A stretch of DNA of 64,000 nucleotides, from NCBI RefSeq assembly GCF_048594605.1, contig NZ_JBMDWV010000364.1, positions 5,916 through 69,915 on the forward strand, in the 5' to 3' direction. Made by a program: the position numbers and the translations under genes. This DNA is from Spirosoma sp. Its GTDB lineage: Bacteria > Bacteroidota > Bacteroidia > Cytophagales > Spirosomataceae. Below are positions 55,962 to 64,000 of this stretch, one piece after another (position 1 is the first letter of the stretch; every line of letters starts with the position of its first letter). The notes beneath the pieces are model-generated. The model was not told the DNA's origin and did no database searches. It worked only from the letters and a program-made list of their open reading frames with translations.

Positions 55962-56549
55962 TTACCGGCTTGCCATTCTTTTTCGAATGCGGCTCAACGA
56001 TGGCCCCTGAATACCGAGGTAAGACGAGATGTGATAAAGCGGAACGGCATTATAGATATCAGGATGCTGCTGCATCAGGTCCAGATAGCGTTGTTCGGGC
56101 GTTTGAAAGAGGGCGTCTTCCATCCGGTTCATAGCTGCCATAAACGCGCGTTCGGCCACTAGCCTCCCAAAATGTTCCCACTGATGAGATTGCTGATAAA
56201 GTTGATTCAGGGATTCAATCTGGATATATAGAATGATTGAATCCGTCATCGACTCTGTATGGTAATTGCAGGGCGTTTGCGTGACAAAACTTTTGTAGGA
56301 AACGATTAATTGGTGTTTAGAGAAAAAGAAAACATTTTTTTCTTCGCCAGTGGCATCGTTAACGTAGTACGCTCTGAAAATGCCGTCGAGAATAAAACCG
56401 ACGTGCTTACAGACACTTCTGTACTCGTTGAAAAACTCGCCCTTTTTATAGTGTTTTAGATGCCAGGAGGAAGCAGATAAAACAAATTCCTGTTCATTGA
56501 TTCCCGCAAAGTCATGTAATGCATGTTTCAGTAAGTCAATGTTGCTCAT
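55962..56549 (-). CDS. Crp/Fnr family transcriptional regulator
   Basis: FILDGIFRAYY and C-terminal ISSYLGIQGPSLSRIRK. Confidence 0.93.
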   Translation of the reverse strand: MSNIDLLKHALHDFAGINEQEFVLSASSWHLKHYKKGEFFNEYRSVCKHVGFILDGIFRAYYVNDATGEEKNVFFFSKHQLIVSYKSFVTQTPCNYHTESMTDSIILYIQIESLNQLYQQSHQWEHFGRLVAERAFMAAMNRMEDALFQTPEQRYLDLMQQHPDIYNAVPLYHISSYLGIQGPSLSRIRKRMASR

Positions 56550-56660
56550 TTTCTGTAAGTTGTACGCTGGTGGCTACAAGTAAAGATAGCAACATAGATA
56601 ATTCCTACGGCGTCTGATTAGTATTTAATGGAAAATGGTAGCCAACGTAGCGAAACTGAA

Positions 56661-57551
56661 TTACGGTTTTGCGCCAACAAATTTTAATAGATCCTGGTAG
56701 ATAATATTCGTTTCCCAGAATAGCTGAGTGACCATGCCAATGTGTTTCTTACCTGGCAAAACCTTGAATTCATATTTCACGCCTAACTCCTGAAGACGCT
56801 GGCGGAACCGTCGGGTGCTTTTTTGGATGCCAGGGTATGTGTGCTCGCCTACGTAAATTAACATCGGCGGGCAGTCTTGTTTAACGTAGTAAAGAGCCGA
56901 TACATCGTGCCAGCGCGTTGGATTTTTGCCAAATGGCACCAGGTATTTCTCATCGCCGGGATACTCCATTTTAGTCAGGTAATCGAACATATCCAAACCA
57001 CCCGGATCGTCGAGAATGGCGCCATTAATTGGGTTCTGCGTCAGCCCGATTTTCGTGAACAATTGATTGTCAGTCATTAATAAAGCCGCTAGTCCGCCCC
57101 CCGCCGAATGTCCCATTACAAAAAGCCGTTTCGGATCACCACCGTAACCAGCAATATGTTTCTGAGTCCAGCTTACAGCGAGGGCGCAATCGTTGGCCAT
57201 ATCGGGTACCTGCACTTTGGGCGCGAGCCGGTAATTGATCAGTACGGCGACGACGTTTTGCTTCGCTAGTCTCCGGCCAATGAAGGCATAGAGATTTTTA
57301 CTGCCACTCTCCCACGACCCGCCGTGAATGAATATCACCACTGGCCGAAGAACGGATTGATCCTGTTGAGGCTGGTAAATATCGAGTCGGTGTCGGTCCG
57401 TATCAAAACCGGGCGTATTGGGTGTTACGTAAGCGACGTCTTTTATGCGGTGACTAGCTCTGGCAATAGCGTATTCGTGGATAAACAGGATCACCACACC
57501 AGTGATAAACAGAACCGTCAGGATTGGCCAGAGTAATCGAAACAAACGCAT
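56661..57551 (-). CDS. Alpha/beta hydrolase (HSL/carboxylesterase-like)
   Basis: LDIYQP, FIHGGSW, INYRLAP and MGHSAGG. Confidence 0.92.
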   Translation of the reverse strand: MRLFRLLWPILTVLFITGVVILFIHEYAIARASHRIKDVAYVTPNTPGFDTDRHRLDIYQPQQDQSVLRPVVIFIHGGSWESGSKNLYAFIGRRLAKQNVVAVLINYRLAPKVQVPDMANDCALAVSWTQKHIAGYGGDPKRLFVMGHSAGGGLAALLMTDNQLFTKIGLTQNPINGAILDDPGGLDMFDYLTKMEYPGDEKYLVPFGKNPTRWHDVSALYYVKQDCPPMLIYVGEHTYPGIQKSTRRFRQRLQELGVKYEFKVLPGKKHIGMVTQLFWETNIIYQDLLKFVGAKP

Positions 57552-57684
57552 GTGCAGAATCTTACGTATTGCGGTGGTCTGACTTCAGAATCAGGCAACG
57601 TAGCACGTATTAACGCTATACGTTCGTCCCTCGTCAACTCATACATACCGCTAAAACAGGATTCTGGATTGCTACGTAGTGTTT

Positions 57685-58341
57685 TTATAATTGCTGACAA
57701 AGACGATTGTAGGTGGCTACCATTTCGCCAAGGAAGCGCCAGTCGCGACGAGCGGCCGTTGGATAGTTACGAATATAAAGCGGACAATCGCCGAAAAGCC
57801 GCTCGTGAACGGTTTCGATTTCTCCCCGTTTTGCAATGAACGATTCGCTCCCGTTCTTCACGGCAACGTAACTCAGATCCAGCCGATCGACCTCAAATAC
57901 AAAATTGCCGAACGTATATTCCGTTTTTGATTTCCAGCCCGACGGGTCGAAATATAAAGCGATGGCACCGCCCGGTGGCGTTAGCCGCTCCAGTAACATA
58001 GGTTTGCTGTTCCGGCGCGGATTTGGAACACGCTCAAAAATAACCATTTCACGCTCACGGGGAATACTGCCGGTTGAATAAGCAAAATCGGGAATACGTT
58101 GGGCAATGAGTTGTATGTCATCTCCTTTCAGCTTGATTTTCGTATTATCGGCCGACCGGATGACTATGCTGGCAGGCGAGTCGTTCACCAGCGAACCGAT
58201 ACGTACCTGCCCACGAATCGTATCGTTTTGCAGCGTTACTACGTAGCCATCTGTCCACATAGTAACAGCACCCAGGGGAATGTATTGCCCCTTGCCGATC
58301 AGGCTGATACTTAACGTAACAATAACAAAAAAAGCTTTCAT
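57685..58341 (-). CDS. Hypothetical secreted protein
   Basis: Signal peptide and GYVVTLQNDTIRGQV N-terminal motif, common in Bacteroidota hypothetical proteins. Confidence 0.75.
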   Translation of the reverse strand: MKAFFVIVTLSISLIGKGQYIPLGAVTMWTDGYVVTLQNDTIRGQVRIGSLVNDSPASIVIRSADNTKIKLKGDDIQLIAQRIPDFAYSTGSIPREREMVIFERVPNPRRNSKPMLLERLTPPGGAIALYFDPSGWKSKTEYTFGNFVFEVDRLDLSYVAVKNGSESFIAKRGEIETVHERLFGDCPLYIRNYPTAARRDWRFLGEMVATYNRLCQQL

Positions 58342-58465
58342 GGCTAAATCAATAGTTTGATGCCATTAAAGCTAGAATGCCTTATCCATCGGACGAATGA
58401 ACGCTTGACTGAACTGTAAAAAGTATTGGATGAAGTGAGTACAATAGAGACTGAAATTGTGCAGA

Positions 58466-60223
58466 CTATAACGTAAAGCTCATTTGTCCGATGAGTTGAG
58501 GGCCTACCTTTGCTGTAAACCAATACAAACCCGGTCCTGTCAACGTAACGGCTTCCTGAACCTGACTGGTGTTAACGTACTGTTTTTGAAAAACGACAGC
58601 GCCCTGCGCCGTGGTCACCTGCACATCAATCGTAGTGGGAGTAGGAACGGCAATTCTCATCGTTGCCGAATTGTTGGCTGGGTTGGGGTAAAGCACCATC
58701 TGCCCTTCAAAGCGCAGGTCCTGATTGTCGACGTTGACAGCATATGTGTCTGTGAGACAACCCTGCGGATCACTCACCGTATACGTCGTGGAAACAGTTG
58801 GCGATACGGTGATGGTTCGGCTTGTCTGACCAGTATTCCACACATAATCACCCGGCCACGACGCCCTGAGTGTCAAGGATTCATTTGGATTAATAGAAAA
58901 TGTTTGCTGCCGGTTTACCTGTTTTATCATTGTAAACCGATCTTTCACCGTACCGTCAGAAGCCACCCACTGGGCGTCTAACCGATTGTCGTTTACATCA
59001 ATTAGCATAGAACCGCCCTGCTGATTATTTGCATAAACCATGGCCGGGTGCGGATAACCGGTTGCCTGCCCGCCTAACTGTCCACCGCTACCCGCTACTA
59101 CGTAGATAGTGCCCGTCTGTTTGTTACTAATTGGGCAGGAGTTGGGCGACCCATCATAACGGGCAGTGCTTGTAGAAACGGCATGCTGACCAAGATTAAA
59201 CGTAGTGGCCGATCCATAATGCCCCTTCAGTAAATACGTTCGTTCATAAACATGGCTATGTCCAGATAGTACAAGGTCTACGTTATAGCGTTCCAGAATA
59301 GGGACAAGTTTCTGCCGTAGCTGAATCTGATCGTCGAAAAAGTCAGAATCACGCGAACCTTTGCTATAAGGCGGGTGATGGAAAAAGACAATCGTCCAGG
59401 GCAACTGATTCGCAGCCAGATCCTGTTTGAGCCACTGAGCTTGTCTGCCTGTTGTGTCGTATAAACGCGTGCCATCATTTCCTTCAGAATCCATCGAAAT
59501 GATGTGAACATTCGCATAATCAAATGAATAATTAAGCTTCGAGCCTGACGCAATTCCGCCCGCTTCAGCCTCCTGTGGAACCGTAATGATGTTGAAGTAG
59601 TCGATGTTCAGGTTGGTTGGTACGTCAACATATTCGTGGTTCCCGGCGGTCGGCCAGAACGGTAAGTGTTTCAGCAAGTCGGTGTAAATTGTGAATACAT
59701 TTTGTTGATATTGAAGATCGGTGCCCTGACCATACGCGTTGTCGCCCAGCCAAAGCCAGATATCGGCAGGGCGACTCTGGGTGGCCTGACGGTACCGTTG
59801 AAGTACGTCCAACTGATTCGCCGTTCCACTGCCAAAATCACCCAGCGCCCAGATCCGTACCGGTACGGCTGTTCCGGCAGGAGGGGAGGTTTGAAAATAT
59901 TGATCACTAGAAACCATCAAATCTCCAGCAGTTGACCCAATCGAGTAGTAATAGCGGGTGGAGGGTTGCAGGCCCGTCAGCGTAACAATATGCTCTGTTG
60001 TGAACGTAGCGTCGGTAATCTGCTGATTTAGTTGATCAAGACTAGCGCCGAAGCGAACACGGCTATTGGTCGGCTGGTCGGTGCGCCAGCGAATGGTGAT
60101 TCCTGTTGGTGTAACGGCCTGCAGATAAGGTGAACGTAAAACACTTTGCCCTCGTGACGTAACAGAAAGCAGCGTCAAGTAAACCAAAACTACAAGGCAA
60201 CGTAGTAAAATACGTATTATCAT
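58466..60223 (-). CDS. Purple acid phosphatase-like metallophosphoesterase with T9SS C-terminal domain
   Basis: FN3-like PYLQ..TPT...IRW, GDFG, GDNAY, GNHE, FHHPPY, SGHSH.YER and C-terminal VLYPNPA. Confidence 0.92.
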   Translation of the reverse strand: MIIRILLRCLVVLVYLTLLSVTSRGQSVLRSPYLQAVTPTGITIRWRTDQPTNSRVRFGASLDQLNQQITDATFTTEHIVTLTGLQPSTRYYYSIGSTAGDLMVSSDQYFQTSPPAGTAVPVRIWALGDFGSGTANQLDVLQRYRQATQSRPADIWLWLGDNAYGQGTDLQYQQNVFTIYTDLLKHLPFWPTAGNHEYVDVPTNLNIDYFNIITVPQEAEAGGIASGSKLNYSFDYANVHIISMDSEGNDGTRLYDTTGRQAQWLKQDLAANQLPWTIVFFHHPPYSKGSRDSDFFDDQIQLRQKLVPILERYNVDLVLSGHSHVYERTYLLKGHYGSATTFNLGQHAVSTSTARYDGSPNSCPISNKQTGTIYVVAGSGGQLGGQATGYPHPAMVYANNQQGGSMLIDVNDNRLDAQWVASDGTVKDRFTMIKQVNRQQTFSINPNESLTLRASWPGDYVWNTGQTSRTITVSPTVSTTYTVSDPQGCLTDTYAVNVDNQDLRFEGQMVLYPNPANNSATMRIAVPTPTTIDVQVTTAQGAVVFQKQYVNTSQVQEAVTLTGPGLYWFTAKVGPQLIGQMSFTL

Positions 60224-60421
60224 ACGTAGTATTAATAAAGTTTGCTAAAGTTATCCTATTTAGATAGAAGTTTACATTTCTTGACACAAGATAAATCTCG
60301 CTAACTATACAGTTAATCCTACCAGTTACTCATTGGGGCTACAGGGGCCTTTATTCAATACATTATCTTCATGGCAGTTTATCGGGCTTTCCGTTTCTAA
60401 CCACATCTAATCAGTCGAAGT

Positions 60422-60970
60422 ATGTTTACTACGTTGCTTGCTTTATTGCTAACTTCCCCATTGCTATTAGGCTCTGTGTACGGGAGTTCTCCGCCGGATA
60501 TTATGAGCGGAGGATTGCACGGAATTCTGCCGGTTGTAAATCAGAAAGTCACCTATTCGGAGGTGATCGACTGTGGGAGTGTGTCGCAGTCCGATTTGTT
60601 CCGACGGGCGAGACTATGGGTCGTACAATCGGGCCATGCATCTAACGAGCTGTTTGCTTTGAGCGATAAAGAGACCGGCGATCTGGCTGGTCGGTTTGTT
60701 CAGACGGTTGTTTTGCCACGTTCAGAAACCTCTGCCGGTGGAATCTATACGTTTCGCTACAGCTACCTGATTGAGTGTGCAAATCGTAAGTATCGGGCCA
60801 CGCTTACGCAGATTGAGGTAGATGAAGGAAACGGTCGATTTTCGCCCATCGAAACCTATCGTCAAAAGAATGAGAAAGACCTTCAGGCGATGAGTCAGGA
60901 ACTTGACAGGCAACTCAAAAACGTGCTGACTTCGCTTCAGGAAAGCGTGAAAAATTACAAGTCATTCTGA
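60422..60970 (+). CDS. DUF4468-like secreted protein
   Basis: LPVVNQKVTYSEVI, LFRRARLW and DKETG. Confidence 0.7.
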   Translation: MFTTLLALLLTSPLLLGSVYGSSPPDIMSGGLHGILPVVNQKVTYSEVIDCGSVSQSDLFRRARLWVVQSGHASNELFALSDKETGDLAGRFVQTVVLPRSETSAGGIYTFRYSYLIECANRKYRATLTQIEVDEGNGRFSPIETYRQKNEKDLQAMSQELDRQLKNVLTSLQESVKNYKSF

Positions 60971-60993
60971 TACGTCCAGCCCTGACACTACGT

Positions 60994-61497
60994 ATGAATC
61001 GCACGGTTTCTTATCTGTTAGGACCTGAGCTGGCCTGGATCCTGATGCTTGCTATTACAGGGTTAATTATTTTTCTGAGCCAGCCGTTGCCAGTCAATGA
61101 TCACGACAAACTATTGAATTTTGGGTGGTTCATGCCTGTGCTTGGGGTGTTACTGGCTTTCGCTCCCTTATTTTGGGGACTTGGTAATAAATGGTGGTGG
61201 TTAGCCAGAATTGTCGTCGCTAGTCTGATAGGCGTCGGTTTATTGGTTGGCTTGCTGTGTCAGGCTGCTCGTTATAACGATAGTCGGGATTCCGGAATTG
61301 GCACAGCATTCGTACTATTTATGGGCGTAGGCTGGTTTAGCCTGTTTGGATTAGGATTGATAGCCGCACTCTGTTTTCTGGCGAAATGGCCTTTCCTGAC
61401 GGTCTATAAGTGGGTATTGATTATTATTGGCGCTTTTACGCTTCTGGGCGGCCTGATTGGATGGATTGCTTCGTTTGACGGGAGTAAAAGCTCCTGA
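60994..61497 (+). CDS. Hypothetical multi-pass membrane protein
   Basis: Five hydrophobic segments. Confidence 0.75.
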   Translation: MNRTVSYLLGPELAWILMLAITGLIIFLSQPLPVNDHDKLLNFGWFMPVLGVLLAFAPLFWGLGNKWWWLARIVVASLIGVGLLVGLLCQAARYNDSRDSGIGTAFVLFMGVGWFSLFGLGLIAALCFLAKWPFLTVYKWVLIIIGAFTLLGGLIGWIASFDGSKSS

Positions 61498-61586
61498 CGA
61501 TTGCTGCACCACTTAAGCGGTTAAACAGTCTGTTAATTGATTGAGTTATTAGATCAATGACCATCACTACTAATTAACAGATCGTT

Positions 61587-61796
61587 ATGCCTTGGACAAA
61601 AGACAACTATCCGGTATCGCTCAAATATTTCATGGCTCCAGTACGTAATAAAGCCATCGAAATTGCCAACGCATTACTTAATGAAGGTGCGGAAGAAGAT
61701 CGGGCTATTGCCATTGCTACGTCCAAAGCCGAAGAATGGGCTGAGAATAGAGGAATGAAAGTTCGCAAGGCCAATGCGCCGGAAAACAAAAAATGA
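61587..61796 (+). CDS. Small YdaT/DUF2188-like protein
   Basis: MPW.K..YP.S, RNKAIEIANALL.EG..E.RAIAIA...A.EW. Confidence 0.8.
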   Translation: MPWTKDNYPVSLKYFMAPVRNKAIEIANALLNEGAEEDRAIAIATSKAEEWAENRGMKVRKANAPENKK

Positions 61797-61854
61797 GCCG
61801 TACGTCTTCTGAGTATGGCTCAACTCTTTTCTAATCGTATACGGCCTTCTGCTA

Positions 61855-62547
61855 ATGTCTGATCCTGTTCAACCCTTTGATTGGGAACGCATGTTTATTC
61901 ATGATTTCCCGTGGGCTTATCTTGGTGAGGTTGCTTTCCGAACCGTTTTTATGTTTGGTGTTTTGCTGACTGCGCTGACCGTTTCGGGAAAGCGCGAGGT
62001 TCGGCAATTATCCATTTATGAATTGGTACTGCTCATTGGCCTTGGTTCGGCTGCGGGCGATCCTATGTTCTATCATGACGTACCACTTGCGTCGGCAGTT
62101 GTGGTTTTTACCGTAATGATGGGATGCTATAAACTCGCTACGTTCATTAGCGATCGGAACAAGAAAGTGCGCGATGTCCTCGAAGGAAAGCCAGTTTATG
62201 TGATCGAGAATGGATGCATCCTTACGCAAAATTTTAGCCAGGAAGATCTGGGAATGGAAGAGTTACTTTCTGATCTGCGCGTAGAAGGAATTGAGCAGCT
62301 TGGGCAGGTACGCACGGCCATTCTGGAGCCTAACGGTCAGCTCAGCGTATTTCCATTTGAAGACGCCGATATTCGACCGGGATTGCCAATTCTGCCCAAT
62401 GAACTGAGAAAGAAGGGCAAACGTATTGAGCAACCGGGTAAGTATGCCTGTTGCACATGCGGCAATGTCCAGATGTTCGAGTCTCCTGCCGAAGAGGCTC
62501 ATTGTCAGAAATGCGATCAGATTACCTGGGTGAAAGCAGTTACCTAA
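61855..62547 (+). CDS. DUF421 (YetF-like) membrane protein with C-terminal Cys cluster
   Basis: SGKREVRQLS, GSAAGDPM, LEGKP..VIENG, AILEPNGQLSV and CCTCG...CQKC. Confidence 0.9.
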   Translation: MSDPVQPFDWERMFIHDFPWAYLGEVAFRTVFMFGVLLTALTVSGKREVRQLSIYELVLLIGLGSAAGDPMFYHDVPLASAVVVFTVMMGCYKLATFISDRNKKVRDVLEGKPVYVIENGCILTQNFSQEDLGMEELLSDLRVEGIEQLGQVRTAILEPNGQLSVFPFEDADIRPGLPILPNELRKKGKRIEQPGKYACCTCGNVQMFESPAEEAHCQKCDQITWVKAVT

Positions 62548-62570
62548 ACGCTACGTAGCGCCGTGCTACG

Positions 62571-63665
62571 TTACGCCAGGACCTTTTGCGTGGGTTTCTT
62601 GACTACACTTTTTACCTGGTCCTTTAAAAATTTAAGCAGTAGTTTTTCCACTCCATCCAAACCATTCGGGCTGGTTTTTCGAAATCGGTTTTTCTGCTGG
62701 ATATACGCGGTTAAATCCTGACACTCATAAGCATCCAGAATCTGGGGATGAACGTAGTGTTTCCGGCATACCGTGCGTGTATTTCCGAGTTTGTGAGCTA
62801 CTTCATCCAGCACTGTGTTGACATTTTTTTTCAGCTCTTTTTCCGTTGAACAGGGCTCCAGCTCTACCAGAAGACGTAACGCATTGACGGTTCCGGCCCA
62901 GGTGCGAAAATCCTTGGCCGAGAAATCATCGCCCATCGTTTCGCGCAGGTAATCATTGACCATGCCTGAATCGATGGGATGCCGGTCACCGTTTTCGTCG
63001 AGATACTGAAATAATTCTTTGCCCGGAATGTCACGACATGCTTTTACTAACCGAGCCAGCCGACGGTCGCACAGATCAATTTCGTGATAGATACCTTTTT
63101 TACCCTTGAAACTAAAACGGATACTGTTCCCTTCCAGTTTTACGTGTCGGTCTTTGAGCGTTGTCAGACCATAAGAGCCATTTTCTTTTTCGTAAGACGC
63201 GTTCCCGATTCGAATAAGTGTTTGCTCCATTACGCTCAAAGCAACGGCAATAACCTTCTCGCGTGATAATCCAGCCTTTTTCAGATCAGTGGCCAAACGT
63301 GTCCGGAGGAGGGGCAATGCTTCGCCAAACGCTTCCATCCTGAAAAATTTTGTTTCGCTGCGTATGGCATTCCATTTGGTGTGATAACGATATTGTTTTC
63401 GGTTTTTTGAGTCAATTCCCGTTGCCTGTAAATGGCTGTTGGCTTTGGGGCTAATCCAGACGTTCTCCCATACCGGTGGTAGAGCCATTGTCCGAATCCG
63501 ATCTAATGTTTCCTGGTCATTCAACTTGTTGCCATCCCGGTCATAATACGCAAAATGGTCGCCGTTACGTTGCCGCGAAATACCAGGCGTGGTATCGTTT
63601 ATATAAACAAGGCGTGCTGCCTGAGCTGCCTTGATAGGGTCGTGCGTTAGTTGCAGTAAATCCAC
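62571..63665 (-). CDS. DNA topoisomerase IB (bacterial, poxvirus-like)
   Basis: GIDSKNRKQYRY, IRIGN..Y, GLTTL, FKGKKG, AKDFRTWAGT and LGNT.TVCRKHYVHP (catalytic Tyr). Probable start GTG 63665; the track starts at TTG 63695. Confidence 0.95.
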   Translation of the reverse strand: MDLLQLTHDPIKAAQAARLVYINDTTPGISRQRNGDHFAYYDRDGNKLNDQETLDRIRTMALPPVWENVWISPKANSHLQATGIDSKNRKQYRYHTKWNAIRSETKFFRMEAFGEALPLLRTRLATDLKKAGLSREKVIAVALSVMEQTLIRIGNASYEKENGSYGLTTLKDRHVKLEGNSIRFSFKGKKGIYHEIDLCDRRLARLVKACRDIPGKELFQYLDENGDRHPIDSGMVNDYLRETMGDDFSAKDFRTWAGTVNALRLLVELEPCSTEKELKKNVNTVLDEVAHKLGNTRTVCRKHYVHPQILDAYECQDLTAYIQQKNRFRKTSPNGLDGVEKLLLKFLKDQVKSVVKKPTQKVLA

Positions 63666-63761
63666 GGTTCGTTGAGTAGTATTTTGGTAATACAACGTAA
63701 CGGATAGACGAACGAAATAGTTAAGGCAATAATTAGGCTTTGGTCGTCCAGAGTGGCTGAA

Positions 63762-64000
63762 TTATTTTATTAAAAGACGAGGCTGCGCTGCTTTCCCGAA
63801 AAACCAGAGGGCCAGGGTGGTGGCGTAATGGTAAAAATCAGTTGGATGAATGAAGTTATTAATAGAATCTGCTTTAGTTGCCAGGCCCATCATCATAGCC
63901 GCCAGCACTACCCACAAACCGCGTTTGTTACGCTGGAGAAGTGAAAAAACAGCCAGCAACATCAAAACAAGAATGGCAAGGGAGGGAACAATCGGTGTGA
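63762..64000 (-). CDS. Membrane protein, C-terminal part only (5' end outside the window)
   Basis: Reading frame is open to the window edge (TPIVPSLAILVLMLL...IHPTDFYHY...) and hydrophobic. Confidence 0.7.
   Translation of the reverse strand, partial: TPIVPSLAILVLMLLAVFSLLQRNKRGLWVVLAAMMMGLATKADSINNFIHPTDFYHYATTLALWFFGKAAQPRLLIK

Noticed and set aside
57552-57839. 95-aa plus-strand ORF
   Set aside because: It is largely antisense to the 57685-58341 gene and has no motif support.
625-62760. CTACGT/ACGTAG as a Chi- or KOPS-type polar motif
   Set aside because: The two orientations are about equally frequent (roughly 60 versus 65 by eye), whereas Chi and KOPS are strand-skewed within a replichore.
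3303-63266. Remaining 60-135 aa ORFs in the track that overlap long genes in other frames or strands
   Set aside because: They are shadows of well-supported CDSs and none shows independent motifs or start context.
1-64000. CRISPR array, tRNA, rRNA, integrase or IS transposase
   Set aside because: I saw no regularly spaced repeat-spacer series, no cloverleaf or rRNA signature, and no DDE, HUH or tyrosine recombinase ORF. The TopIB gene is a topoisomerase, not an integrase.

Overview
A 64 kb chromosomal window from a Bacteroidota bacterium. Gene content and TAnnTTTG-type promoters point to Cytophagales and it looks Spirosoma-like, which is an inference. It holds about 54 protein-coding genes. 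I found no rRNA, tRNA, CRISPR array or intact transposase. Main content: carbohydrate-active and secreted enzymes (tandem SGNH/CE6-like esterase with PA14 and DUF11 domains, BNR sialidase-like protein, GH32, GH5, GH95, an unclassified GH-like protein, purple-acid-phosphatase-like T9SS cargo, S9 peptidase); signalling modules (LytS/LytTR pair with two NlpE-like accessory proteins, ECF sigma/HEAT anti-sigma/2x DUF4097, two PadR plus orphan permease operons, two Crp/Fnr-target cassettes); general-stress-type genes (2x YihY, DUF421, YdaT-like, topoisomerase IB, Gfo/Idh/MocA); and a stand-alone ~1845 aa protein with two lipase-like domains, a CHAT protease and a helical C-terminus. Non-coding signals read directly from the sequence: (1) window-wide over-representation of CTACGT/ACGTAG and the palindrome CTACGTAG; (2) sigma54-like promoters with phased TGT-N10-ACA pairs upstream of both padR operons; (3) a shared AAC-N16-18-GTT promoter motif before stress genes and before an ORF-less structured RNA candidate; (4) a REPIN-like doublet; (5) a perfect 40-bp palindrome. 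All family assignments come from motif recognition, not database searches. Counts were made by eye.
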